A stretch of 64,000 nucleotides of DNA from the IMG/VR virus record IMGVR_UViG_3300020166_000010. One strand, 5' to 3'. Source of the stretch: a virus. This document shows, in pieces, positions 29,509 through 39,317 of this stretch (position 1 is the first letter of the stretch; every line of letters starts with the position of its first letter). A program made the translations under genes and the position numbers. A model generated the notes under the pieces. It did no database searches, was not told the DNA's origin, and saw nothing but the letters and a program-made list of their open reading frames with translations.

Positions 29509-32040
29509 TTATTGTATAAATCCGTCTGATACAATAAAGGCTGTTCCGTTATCATCCACGAAAGATCCGTTGAAACCATTACCAAGGGGTCCTGATCCGG
29601 CATAACCTTTTGGTCCTGCGAGACCTTGTGGTCCAAATCCAGTAGGTCCATTATTTCCTTGAGGTCCTCTTGGTCCAATAAATCCAGTTCCACCACCAGA
29701 TCCTTGAGGTCCTCTTGGTCCTGCATCACCAGCAGATCCTTGGAAACCTCTTAGAATTCCTCCAGTGTTTCCTTGGAATCCTCTTGCTCCTTGAGCTCCT
29801 ACTGCTTGGTTGTAACCAGTAGCTCCTTGTACACCTTGTACACCTTGAGCCCCTACAGCTCCTTGTGGTCCATTATTACCCTGTGGTCCTCTTGAACCTG
29901 TCGGTCCGACTGAACCGGTTGCTCCTTGTGGTCCCTTATTTCCTTGTGATCCTTGTGGACCGGTTGGTCCTTTATATCCTCCAAGTCCAGTTCCTCCAGT
30001 AACTCCTTGATTACCTCTTGGTCCTATATTACCTTGTGCTCCTTGAGCTCCTTGGAATCCTGATATCCCTCTGTCTCCAGTTGCTCCTTGAGGTCCTCTG
30101 TCTCCTACTGCTGAAGTAGTTCCGGTAAGTCCTTTGAAACCAATAAATCCTTTATAACCTTTTGGTCCAGTTGCACCCTGTGCTCCTGTTGCTCCTTGAG
30201 AACCTTGATTTCCTTTAGCTCCAGTATTTCCCTGTGATCCTGTTAATCCAGTTGCTCCTTTAAAACCAGTATAACCTTTTGCACCCTGTGCTCCTTGATT
30301 TCCTTGTGATCCGTTAGCTCCTGTTTTACCGATAAATCCAGTATAACCTGTTGCTCCGGTAGATCCTTGAGAACCTGTAACTCCAGTATAACCTGTTGCT
30401 CCGGTTGGTCCTTGATTTCCAACGGCTCCAGTTCCTCCAGTTGCTCCTTTAGCTCCAACAAGTCCAGTATATCCTTTAGCTCCAGTTGCACCTTGTGCTC
30501 CAGTAAAACCAGTAGGTCCTGTTGAACCTTTAGCTCCTTGTGCTCCTTGTGCTCCTTTTACATTAGTAAATCCTTGAGGTCCAGTTGGTCCTTGAGAACC
30601 TGTGTTACCTACTGCAGCTGTTGTTCCTGTTAATCCTTTATAACCTGTAGCTCCTTTTGCTCCTTGAGCTCCTTGAGTTCCTGTTAATCCTTTATAACCT
30701 GTAGCTCCTTTTGCTCCTTGTGCTCCTTGTGCTCCTTTAGGTTGTTGAGATCCTTGAGGTCCTTGTGCTCCTTTTGCTCCTTGAGAACCTTTAGTACCAG
30801 TTGCTCCTTTTAGTCCAGTTGCTCCTTGGAATCCTCTTTCACCACCTTGACCTTGGCTTCCGATAGCTCCCTGTGGTCCAGTTGATCCTTTTGCTCCTTG
30901 ATTTCCTTTTATTCCTTCAAATCCTGTTGAACCAACAACTCCTGTATAACCAATAGATCCTTGAAAACCTTGAAAACCAGTAGATCCTTTAGCACCCTGT
31001 ACTCCAGTAGCTCCTTGGAATCCCTTTGGTCCAGTAGACCCTTGTGGTCCTCTTCCACCAGCTCCTCCAGTTAATCCTTGGAAACCAGTTGCTCCACCGT
31101 TTCCTTGAGAACCTTGATTTCCTTTAGCTCCAGTATCTCCTTTAAGACCGTTAATTCCTGTAATACCGTTATATCCTGTAGAACCCTTAGCTCCTGTTAC
31201 TCCTTGAAAACCTTTAGCTCCAGTAGATCCCTGTGCTCCTTGTGATCCAGTAAATCCTTTATCTCCTTTAAGACCTTGAAATCCTCTTTCACCAGGATCT
31301 CCAGGTAAAGAATCTGAAGCAGTTGCTCCTTTAAATCCTTTAGCTCCTGTCGAGCCTTTAGCGCCCTGAGCTCCTTTAACTCCGTTAGTTCCAGGTAATC
31401 CTTCAAAACCAGTAGATCCTTTAGATCCCTGTGCTCCATCAACTCCGGTAAATCCTTTTAAACCAGTAGAACCCTGAGGCCCTCTAATTCCTTTAACTGA
31501 TGTTGCTCCTTTTGCTCCTTGAAATCCTCTTTCTCCAGTATCTCCTTGTGTTCCTTGGAAGCCTTTAATACCAACAGAACCTTGTGCTCCCTGGAAACCT
31601 CTTTCTCCATTAGTTCCTTTTATTCCCTGTGCTCCAGTAGAACCTTGAAATCCTTGAAGTCCAGTAGAACCTTGATCACCAACTTGTCCTTGATATCCAT
31701 TAGAACCTTTAGGACCTAATATACCTGTTATTCCTTTTTCTCCTCTAATTCCAGTCGCTCCGGTAAAACCTTGAAGACCTGTTGATCCTTGGTTACCTTT
31801 ATTACCGGCAGATCCTTGATCACCTTGACTACCTTGATAACCATTGGTTCCAACGAAACCTTGATTACCAGTAGTACCTTGATGGCCGACGTCACCGTCA
31901 GATCCAACGGATCCTTGAGATCCCTGAGATCCCAATTCACCGTTTGGTCCAATAAACTGAGGAAAATTCGTGCTATTAAGGTTACCAGTGTGTAGTACAA
32001 TATTACTGTCCAACGTAGTACCTAAGATAAATTTTGCCAT
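29509..32040 (-). CDS. collagen-like fibre chain B
   Basis: About 784 aa of near-continuous Gly-X-Y; the 30-aa N-terminus is paralogous to chain A. Confidence 0.92.
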   Translation of the reverse strand: MAKFILGTTLDSNIVLHTGNLNSTNFPQFIGPNGELGSQGSQGSVGSDGDVGHQGTTGNQGFVGTNGYQGSQGDQGSAGNKGNQGSTGLQGFTGATGIRGEKGITGILGPKGSNGYQGQVGDQGSTGLQGFQGSTGAQGIKGTNGERGFQGAQGSVGIKGFQGTQGDTGERGFQGAKGATSVKGIRGPQGSTGLKGFTGVDGAQGSKGSTGFEGLPGTNGVKGAQGAKGSTGAKGFKGATASDSLPGDPGERGFQGLKGDKGFTGSQGAQGSTGAKGFQGVTGAKGSTGYNGITGINGLKGDTGAKGNQGSQGNGGATGFQGLTGGAGGRGPQGSTGPKGFQGATGVQGAKGSTGFQGFQGSIGYTGVVGSTGFEGIKGNQGAKGSTGPQGAIGSQGQGGERGFQGATGLKGATGTKGSQGAKGAQGPQGSQQPKGAQGAQGAKGATGYKGLTGTQGAQGAKGATGYKGLTGTTAAVGNTGSQGPTGPQGFTNVKGAQGAQGAKGSTGPTGFTGAQGATGAKGYTGLVGAKGATGGTGAVGNQGPTGATGYTGVTGSQGSTGATGYTGFIGKTGANGSQGNQGAQGAKGYTGFKGATGLTGSQGNTGAKGNQGSQGATGAQGATGPKGYKGFIGFKGLTGTTSAVGDRGPQGATGDRGISGFQGAQGAQGNIGPRGNQGVTGGTGLGGYKGPTGPQGSQGNKGPQGATGSVGPTGSRGPQGNNGPQGAVGAQGVQGVQGATGYNQAVGAQGARGFQGNTGGILRGFQGSAGDAGPRGPQGSGGGTGFIGPRGPQGNNGPTGFGPQGLAGPKGYAGSGPLGNGFNGSFVDDNGTAFIVSDGFIQ

Positions 32041-32077
32041 GTTATTATTTTTATATTTTTATTTGTTTTATATATTG

Positions 32078-34828
32078 TTATCCGATATTTACACCATTCT
32101 GGATAGTACGTGGGCCGCTAGTCGTGTAGATTAAACCACTGTAACCTCCAACGGTATTGGTTCCTTGAGCTCCTTGTGGGCCTTTAGCTCCAGTACCAGA
32201 ACCACCTGAGGCTCCAGTATATCCTTGAGGTCCTCTTGCCGGTGCTGGTTGCCCAGTTGCACCTTGATAACCTTGAGGTCCAACACCTGATGCTGCAATT
32301 CCCTGTGCTCCTTGAGCTCCTTGCGCTCCGGTTGCTCCTTTATATCCTTGAACTCCTCTTGGTCCAGCATTTCCACTAACACCCTGAGCTCCTTGTGGTC
32401 CTCTTGGTCCAACTGGTCCGGTTATTCCTTTAGCTCCTTGAGGTCCTGTATAACCTTGAGCTCCTCTACCACCTTGAGTTCCTTGAGCTCCTCTTACAGT
32501 ACCTGCAAGTCCAATAAAACCTTTAAGTCCAGTTGAACCTTGCGGTCCTCTTGATCCCTGCGGTCCAGTTATTCCTACGTATCCCTTTGGTCCTGTTGAT
32601 CCTTGGAATCCTCTATGACCAGGTGCACCACTATAACCTTGTGCTCCTTGAGATCCTTTATATCCATCGGCTCCTTGGGTACCTCTTGGTGCCGCAGTTC
32701 CCTGTGGTCCAGTTGTTCCTTTATCACCAGTAGCTCCTTGTGGTCCTCTTGGTCCAGTAGATCCTTTAAACCCTGTATCACCTTTTAATCCTTGTGCTCC
32801 TCTTACACCCTGTGGTCCGAGATCTCCGACGGGTCCAGTATTTCCGATTGCCCCTTGGCGTCCGATAAATCCTTTTGGTCCAGTTGATCCTTGAGGTCCT
32901 TTAACTCCAGTTGCTCCAGTTGCTCCTTGATTACCTTTTGGTCCAGTTGCTCCTTGACTTCCTTTTGCTCCTTGAGGTCCAGTTGTTCCTTGACTTCCTT
33001 GAGGTCCAGTATTTCCTTGAGGCCCTCTAACAGTTCCAGTATCTCCAACTACTCCTTGAACCCCTTTGTTTCCAGTGGCTCCAGTTGCTCCTTGATTACC
33101 TTTAATTCCTTGGAATCCTCTGTCTCCGGTTGCTGCAGTAGATCCTTTAAGACCTTGTGCTCCTCTAACTCCTTGAACTCCTTGGAATCCTCTTGGTGCA
33201 GCAGTTCCCTGTGCTCCAGTGTTTCCTTGAACTCCAATAAATCCAGTTGGTCCTAAATCACCAGTTGCTCCGGTGTTTCCTTGAACTCCAATAAATCCTT
33301 TATCTCCTTTAGTTGCAGTTGGTGCGATATATCCAGTATCTCCTTGATATCCTCTTTCTCCAGTTGCTCCTTGATTTCCTTGCGCTCCTGTTATTCCAGT
33401 ATATCCTTTTGCACCAGTAGTACCTTTATATCCTTGGAATCCTCTTGGTCCGCTATCTCCTTGGTTTCCTCTTTGACCAACGTCTCCTTGAACTCCTTTT
33501 GAACCCTGTGGTCCGACTGGTCCAAGAACTCCTTGTGGTCCAGCATATCCAGTATTTCCTTGAAATCCAATTGATCCCGTAGAACCTTTATCTCCAGTTG
33601 CTCCTTGGGGTCCAGTATAACCTTTTGCTCCTTGTGCTCCAAGAGGTCCAGTATAACCTTTTGCTCCTTGTGATCCTTTAAAACCTTGATCTCCTTTAGT
33701 TCCAACGTTTCCAACAACACCTTGAGTTCCTTGGAATCCTCTTGAACCAGTATTACCTTGGGCTCCTGTTGCTCCTTTGAAACCTTTTGCTCCTTGTGCT
33801 CCTTTAAAACCTCTTTCACCAACGATACCAGCATCTCCAGTAGATCCTTGATAACCAGTTGCTCCAGTAGATCCTTGTGCTCCTATTACTTTATTAATAC
33901 CAGCGTCTCCTTGAGTTCCTTGATTTCCTTGAAAACCTCTGTCTCCTACGGGTCCGTTAATACCTGTTGTTCCTTTAATTCCTTTGTCTCCTTGGAATCC
34001 TCTGGCTCCATTTGAACCATTATTTCCTTTTGCTCCTTGAGGTCCGTTATATCCAACGTCTCCTTGTGCTCCTCTGTTTCCATCAAGTCCTTTATAACCT
34101 GTTGCTCCAGTTGAACCTTTAAAACCTTGATCTCCGATAACTCCATCAGAACCTTGATCACCTTTATATCCGGTAACTCCTTGATTTCCCTGAACTCCAA
34201 TAGGTCCAGTAACTCCTTTGTTTCCGACAGATCCTTGGAATCCTCTGGCACCATCTGCGCCTGTTAAACCTTTAGTACCTTGAGTACCTTTAGTTCCTTG
34301 GTTTCCTTGGAATCCTCTTTCACCTTGATTTCCAACAATACCTTTAGATCCTTGAAATCCTCTTTCACCTTTAGCTCCAGTAGTACCTGAAATACCAATA
34401 TCTCCTACTAATCCTTTACTACCACGTGATCCTTCACTACCAGTATCTCCTACTAATCCAGTATTTCCGCGAGAACCTTTATCTCCACGAAACCCTTCAT
34501 CACCAGTATTTCCTTTTGCTCCTTTTAAAGAAGGGAAATTACCAGGTATAAAATTACTAGGTCTTAGTACTAAATTACCGCCGATTGTTGAATCAGGCTT
34601 AAAGCTTCCGCCACCATCAAAAATACCACCTGCGATAATTGCAGAATCAGTACTCCTAATAGTTAACACATTCCCCGTAGGGAATGTGTTTAACTCTTCT
34701 AGGTAAGACGGCGTATAGACGATAGCTGAATCTTGGTCAATTCCTGCTCTGTTCGAAATTTCATCGATCTGAGCTTGGAATTCTCCAGTAGACTGTACTA
34801 GTTTTATCGCTATTTTATTAAATGCCAT
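32078..34828 (-). CDS. collagen-like fibre chain C (extended N-terminus)
   Basis: About 789 aa of Gly-X-Y; residues 74-102 align with the N-termini of chains A and B. Confidence 0.92.
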   Translation of the reverse strand: MAFNKIAIKLVQSTGEFQAQIDEISNRAGIDQDSAIVYTPSYLEELNTFPTGNVLTIRSTDSAIIAGGIFDGGGSFKPDSTIGGNLVLRPSNFIPGNFPSLKGAKGNTGDEGFRGDKGSRGNTGLVGDTGSEGSRGSKGLVGDIGISGTTGAKGERGFQGSKGIVGNQGERGFQGNQGTKGTQGTKGLTGADGARGFQGSVGNKGVTGPIGVQGNQGVTGYKGDQGSDGVIGDQGFKGSTGATGYKGLDGNRGAQGDVGYNGPQGAKGNNGSNGARGFQGDKGIKGTTGINGPVGDRGFQGNQGTQGDAGINKVIGAQGSTGATGYQGSTGDAGIVGERGFKGAQGAKGFKGATGAQGNTGSRGFQGTQGVVGNVGTKGDQGFKGSQGAKGYTGPLGAQGAKGYTGPQGATGDKGSTGSIGFQGNTGYAGPQGVLGPVGPQGSKGVQGDVGQRGNQGDSGPRGFQGYKGTTGAKGYTGITGAQGNQGATGERGYQGDTGYIAPTATKGDKGFIGVQGNTGATGDLGPTGFIGVQGNTGAQGTAAPRGFQGVQGVRGAQGLKGSTAATGDRGFQGIKGNQGATGATGNKGVQGVVGDTGTVRGPQGNTGPQGSQGTTGPQGAKGSQGATGPKGNQGATGATGVKGPQGSTGPKGFIGRQGAIGNTGPVGDLGPQGVRGAQGLKGDTGFKGSTGPRGPQGATGDKGTTGPQGTAAPRGTQGADGYKGSQGAQGYSGAPGHRGFQGSTGPKGYVGITGPQGSRGPQGSTGLKGFIGLAGTVRGAQGTQGGRGAQGYTGPQGAKGITGPVGPRGPQGAQGVSGNAGPRGVQGYKGATGAQGAQGAQGIAASGVGPQGYQGATGQPAPARGPQGYTGASGGSGTGAKGPQGAQGTNTVGGYSGLIYTTSGPRTIQNGVNIG

Positions 34829-34876
34829 ATCTTTGTTTTTATTATTTTTTAGTTACTCCTGTTTTATTTATTCTAA

Positions 34877-37800
34877 TTAATCGAATGAGAATGTAATGTC
34901 TCCATTTCCGTCTCTTTCAATTCTTGCTGTTGGGTTACCATTAGCATCGTTGAAATAAATAGCTTTATCATTGGCGATTGTTATTGAATCTCCATCAAAT
35001 GCTCCAGTTTCTCCTTGGAATCCTTGATCTCCTTTAGCTCCAGTTGCTCCTTGTGCTCCAGTATCTCCTTTGAATCCTTGATCTCCTTTTGCTCCAGTAT
35101 CTCCTTTGAATCCTTGGAATCCTTGATCTCCTTTTGCTCCGGTTGCTCCTTGTGCTCCAGTATCTCCTTTGAAACCTTGATCTCCTTTAATACCTTGAAT
35201 ACCATCGTCTCCTTTGAATCCTTGATCTCCTTTTGCTCCGGTTGCTCCTTGTGCTCCAGTATCTCCTTTTGCTCCAGTATCTCCTTTGAAACCTTGATCT
35301 CCTTTAATACCTTGAATACCATCGTCTCCTTTGAATCCTTGATCTCCTTTAGCTCCAGTTGCTCCTTGTGCTCCAGTATCTCCTTTGAAACCTTGATCTC
35401 CTTTAATACCTTGAATACCTTGCTCTCCAGTATCTCCTTTGAAACCTTGATCTCCTTTAAGACCTTGTTCTCCTTGAACTCCTTGAATACCATCGTCTCC
35501 TTTAGTACCTTGAACTCCTTGAATACCATCGTCTCCTTTAGTACCTTGAACTCCTTGAATACCTTGCTCTCCGGTATCTCCTTTGAAACCTTGATCTCCT
35601 TTAGCTCCTAAAGTACCATCAGTACCTTGAACTCCTTGGAAACCTTGATCTCCTTTAGCTCCAGTATCTCCTTTGAAACCTTGATCTCCTTTTGCTCCAG
35701 TATCTCCTTTGAATCCTTGGAATCCTTGATCTCCTTTAGCTCCAGTTTCTCCTTGATCTCCTTTAATACCTTGTTCTCCTTGATCTCCTTTAAGACCATC
35801 GATACCTTGGAAACCTTGATCACCTTTTGCTCCTTGGAAACCTTGATCTCCTTGTGCTCCTTGGAAACCTTGGAAACCTTGATCTCCTTGTGCTCCAATT
35901 TTCATTGGTGTAAATGAAACTAATAATTGTCCATTCTTATCAGGCTGGTTAACAGCAGCTGCTGTCATGTGTTCGTTAGACGAAGTACCACCGGCATATC
36001 CGTTGTTTGAACCACCAACTCTTTCCATATCTAATCTAAGATCTCCTCTTCCACCAGAACCTAATATAATAGATGCATTAGAAGCTTCGTATAAGTGATA
36101 TTTAGTTGAATCACCATTCTTAGATATTTTTACGTAAATCTTATCATAACCATCGTTAACCATGTTAGCGAATAAAGAATTCATGTGGTTAATATCTTCT
36201 AATCCGTTTGCGATATCTGAGAACCACCATTCTTGAGAACCGCTGTAAATGAATGCATTAGCTTCCGTATGTGATAATTGATTTACATTTGTATATTTAC
36301 TATCAGAGAAAGTAACACCATCGTATATTACTGATAAACCACCAGCATTACCTATAGTACCTTGGAAACCTTGATCTCCTTTTTCTCCTTGATCTCCTTT
36401 AGTTCCTTTTTCTCCTTGATCTCCTTGGAAACCTTGGAAACCTTGATCTCCTTTAGCTCCAGTTTCTCCTTGATCTCCTTTGAAACCTTGATCTCCTTTA
36501 AGACCATCAATACCTTGGAAACCTTGATCGCCTTGGAATCCTTGGAAACCTTGGAAACCTTGATCTCCTTTAGCTCCTAAAGTACCAGACTCTCCTTGGA
36601 AACCTTGATCTCCTTTAATACCTTGTTCTCCAGTATCTCCTTTGAAACCTTGATCTCCTTTAATACCTTGAATACCTTGTTCTCCAGTATCTCCTTTGAA
36701 ACCTTGGTCTCCTTTAATACCTTGAATACCATCGTCTCCTTTTAGACCTTGAATACCATCGTCTCCTTTGAAACCTTGATCTCCTTTAATACCTTGAATA
36801 CCTTGTTCTCCAGTATCTCCTTTAAGACCTTGATCTCCTTTAATACCTTGAATACCTTGCTCTCCAGTATCTCCTTTGAAACCTTGATCTCCTTTAAGAC
36901 CTTGTTCTCCTTGAACTCCTTGAATACCATCGTCTCCTTTAGTACCTTGAACTCCTTGAATACCTTGCTCTCCTTGAACACCTTGCTCTCCAGTATCTCC
37001 TTTGAAACCTTGATCTCCTTTAATACCTTGAATACCTTGTTCTCCAGTATCTCCTTTGAAACCTTGATCTCCTGTAGTACCTTGAACTCCGATAACTCCT
37101 TGTTCTCCTTGAACACCTTGCTCTCCAGTATCTCCTTTGAATCCTTGGTCTCCTTGAATACCTTGTTCTCCAGTATCTCCTTTGAAACCTTGATCTCCTT
37201 TAATACCTTGAATACCTTGCTCTCCAGTATCTCCTTTAAGACCTTGTTCTCCTTGAACTCCTTGAATACCTTGCTCTCCAGTATCTCCTTTAAGACCAGT
37301 ATCTCCTTGAATACCATCGTCTCCTTTAGCACCTTGAACTCCGATAACTCCTTGTTCTCCTTGAACACCTTGCTCTCCAGTATCTCCTTTAAGACCTTGT
37401 TCTCCTTGAACTCCTTGAATACCATCGTCTCCTTTAGTACCTTGAACTCCGATAACTCCTTGTTCTCCTTGAATACCTTGTTCTCCAGTATCTCCTTTAA
37501 GACCAGTTTCTCCTTGAATACCTTGTTCTCCAGTATCTCCTTTAAAACCTTGATCTCCTGTAGTACCCTGAACTCCGATAACTCCTTGTTCTCCTTGAAT
37601 ACCCTGTTCTCCTTGAATACCTTGTTCTCCAGTATCTCCTTTAAAACCTTGATCTCCTTGAATACCTTGAATACCATCGTCTCCTTTGAAACCTTGATCT
37701 CCTTTAATACCTTGAATACCTTGTTCTCCAGTGTCTCCTTGGAAACCTTGAATACCTTGAATACCATCGTCTCCTTTAGTACCTTGAACTCCGATAACTC

Positions 37801-38395
37801 CTTGTTCTCCTTGGAAACCTTGAATACCTTGTTCTCCAGTTTCTCCTTTGAAACCTTGAATACCTTGTTCTCCAGTATCTCCTTTAAAACCTTGATCTCC
37901 TTGAATACCCTGTTCTCCAGTATCTCCTTTGAAACCTTGATCTCCTTTAAGACCAGTTTCTCCTTGAATACCCTGTTCTCCTTGGTCTCCTTTAAGACCT
38001 TGTTCTCCTTGAATACCTTGAATACCCTGTTCTCCTTGATCTCCTTTAAGACCTTGTTCTCCTTGATCTCCTTTAAGACCATCTACTCCTTGTGTTCCTT
38101 GATCTCCTTGGAAACCTTGAATACCTTGTTCTCCTTGAATACCCTGTTCTCCTTGAAGACCTTGATCTCCTTGAATACCTTGTTCTCCAGTATCTCCTTT
38201 AAGACCTTGATCTCCTTGAATACCTTGAATACCTTGTTCTCCTGTATCTCCTTGAAAACCTTGATCTCCTTGAAAACCTTGAACCCCATCAATACCTTGA
38301 TCTCCTTGGAAACCTTGATCTCCTTGCGTACCTTGATATCCGGATCCTTGATCTCCCTGAGGACCTGCGGTAGAAATATATGCTGAATATGCCAT
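34877..38395 (-). CDS. acidic, nearly Pro-free collagen-like protein with internal globular domain
   Basis: GEQ/GDQ/GFK/GDT repeats in two blocks separated by a roughly 150-aa non-collagen domain. Confidence 0.92.
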   Translation of the reverse strand: MAYSAYISTAGPQGDQGSGYQGTQGDQGFQGDQGIDGVQGFQGDQGFQGDTGEQGIQGIQGDQGLKGDTGEQGIQGDQGLQGEQGIQGEQGIQGFQGDQGTQGVDGLKGDQGEQGLKGDQGEQGIQGIQGEQGLKGDQGEQGIQGETGLKGDQGFKGDTGEQGIQGDQGFKGDTGEQGIQGFKGETGEQGIQGFQGEQGVIGVQGTKGDDGIQGIQGFQGDTGEQGIQGIKGDQGFKGDDGIQGIQGDQGFKGDTGEQGIQGEQGIQGEQGVIGVQGTTGDQGFKGDTGEQGIQGETGLKGDTGEQGIQGEQGVIGVQGTKGDDGIQGVQGEQGLKGDTGEQGVQGEQGVIGVQGAKGDDGIQGDTGLKGDTGEQGIQGVQGEQGLKGDTGEQGIQGIKGDQGFKGDTGEQGIQGDQGFKGDTGEQGVQGEQGVIGVQGTTGDQGFKGDTGEQGIQGIKGDQGFKGDTGEQGVQGEQGIQGVQGTKGDDGIQGVQGEQGLKGDQGFKGDTGEQGIQGIKGDQGLKGDTGEQGIQGIKGDQGFKGDDGIQGLKGDDGIQGIKGDQGFKGDTGEQGIQGIKGDQGFKGDTGEQGIKGDQGFQGESGTLGAKGDQGFQGFQGFQGDQGFQGIDGLKGDQGFKGDQGETGAKGDQGFQGFQGDQGEKGTKGDQGEKGDQGFQGTIGNAGGLSVIYDGVTFSDSKYTNVNQLSHTEANAFIYSGSQEWWFSDIANGLEDINHMNSLFANMVNDGYDKIYVKISKNGDSTKYHLYEASNASIILGSGGRGDLRLDMERVGGSNNGYAGGTSSNEHMTAAAVNQPDKNGQLLVSFTPMKIGAQGDQGFQGFQGAQGDQGFQGAKGDQGFQGIDGLKGDQGEQGIKGDQGETGAKGDQGFQGFKGDTGAKGDQGFKGDTGAKGDQGFQGVQGTDGTLGAKGDQGFKGDTGEQGIQGVQGTKGDDGIQGVQGTKGDDGIQGVQGEQGLKGDQGFKGDTGEQGIQGIKGDQGFKGDTGAQGATGAKGDQGFKGDDGIQGIKGDQGFKGDTGAKGDTGAQGATGAKGDQGFKGDDGIQGIKGDQGFKGDTGAQGATGAKGDQGFQGFKGDTGAKGDQGFKGDTGAQGATGAKGDQGFQGETGAFDGDSITIANDKAIYFNDANGNPTARIERDGNGDITFSFD
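36360..38365. repeat. highly homogenised 9n-nt coding tandem repeats
   Basis: Recurrent ccttgaataccttgttctccagtatctcctttgaaaccttgatct units; a second block lies at about 35005-35895. Confidence 0.85.
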
Positions 38396-38429
38396 AGTTT
38401 AATTTACTTTATTTTTATTTTGTTTTTTA

Positions 38430-39194
38430 TTAGTCTAATGAGTTTTTCTCGTATACTATATCGAAAAGATCTCCTCCTCCGATTTCATATCCTGCGAAAT
38501 TTGAATTCCAAAACAGTTCATCACCAGCTTCTAAATCTGCAACAGATTTGGCAGTGATACCTGCATTGTTAGAGAAATATACATCTCCTGTTTTTTCTCC
38601 ATAAGTTTCTGTAACAGCTACACCGTTAATATAAACCTGTACAGTTGAATCTGCGAAAGGAGTATAGTCTAATGTAATACCTGTTGCTGATTCATCTCCG
38701 TTAGATGAAAGAGGTGTTAAATCAGCTTGCGTGTATTCAGAACCTTGTGCTACCTGAGTTGGACCTAAACTTGGTCTCCATGGTAATACTTGTGCTTTTG
38801 TTGCTGAAATTGCTTGTAAAACTGGATTGCTGTATGCATATGCTGGTTGTGATGCATTTACAAATTCTGCGATAGAACCTGAATCAGAATCATCAACTAC
38901 ATAAAAAGTACCTGGAGTTAAATTCCAAGTTGATACTTCAATGTTACCAATTTGTACTGCAATGAAATTAGAATCATCAGTAGCTTCTTCAACTACTAAT
39001 CTTCCCAATTTGTCGGCAGTTTTAGAATCTGCTAAAACCCAAGAACCGTTAAAGAATGCAATAACATTCCCTGCTGCAAAACCATGAGCAGCCTGTTCGT
39101 AACTTGATTTTAAAGATCCTGATGCCAGTTGAGAATCGATAGACTCTAACTTTGTCTGTAAGCCTTCGATTTGCTTAATTTTTAATTGTGACAT
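38430..39194 (-). CDS. virion fibre-anchoring/decoration protein
   Basis: N-terminal KIKQI motif; C-terminal domain paralogous to that of 43912-45144. Confidence 0.65.
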   Translation of the reverse strand: MSQLKIKQIEGLQTKLESIDSQLASGSLKSSYEQAAHGFAAGNVIAFFNGSWVLADSKTADKLGRLVVEEATDDSNFIAVQIGNIEVSTWNLTPGTFYVVDDSDSGSIAEFVNASQPAYAYSNPVLQAISATKAQVLPWRPSLGPTQVAQGSEYTQADLTPLSSNGDESATGITLDYTPFADSTVQVYINGVAVTETYGEKTGDVYFSNNAGITAKSVADLEAGDELFWNSNFAGYEIGGGDLFDIVYEKNSLD

Positions 39195-39317
39195 AGATTT
39201 TTAATTTTTTTTATTTTTATAATTTAAAAGAGGCTTTTTAACCTAATTTATCAATTCTATATATCATGGAAAAAAAGTGTAAGTGATTGTTAGTAGCCAT
39301 AATATGGTAATATAATT

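Noticed and set aside
36360-38365. Possible CRISPR array in the highly repetitive region
   Set aside because: The repeats are in-frame multiples of 9 nt with no unique spacers, and no cas genes are present.
34981-38386. Long alternative-frame and antisense ORFs over the collagen genes (e.g. 36742-38082, 36749-38386, 35015-35611)
   Set aside because: They are shadows of stop-poor Gly-X-Y codon repeats, and the translations are monotonous frame-shifted repeats.
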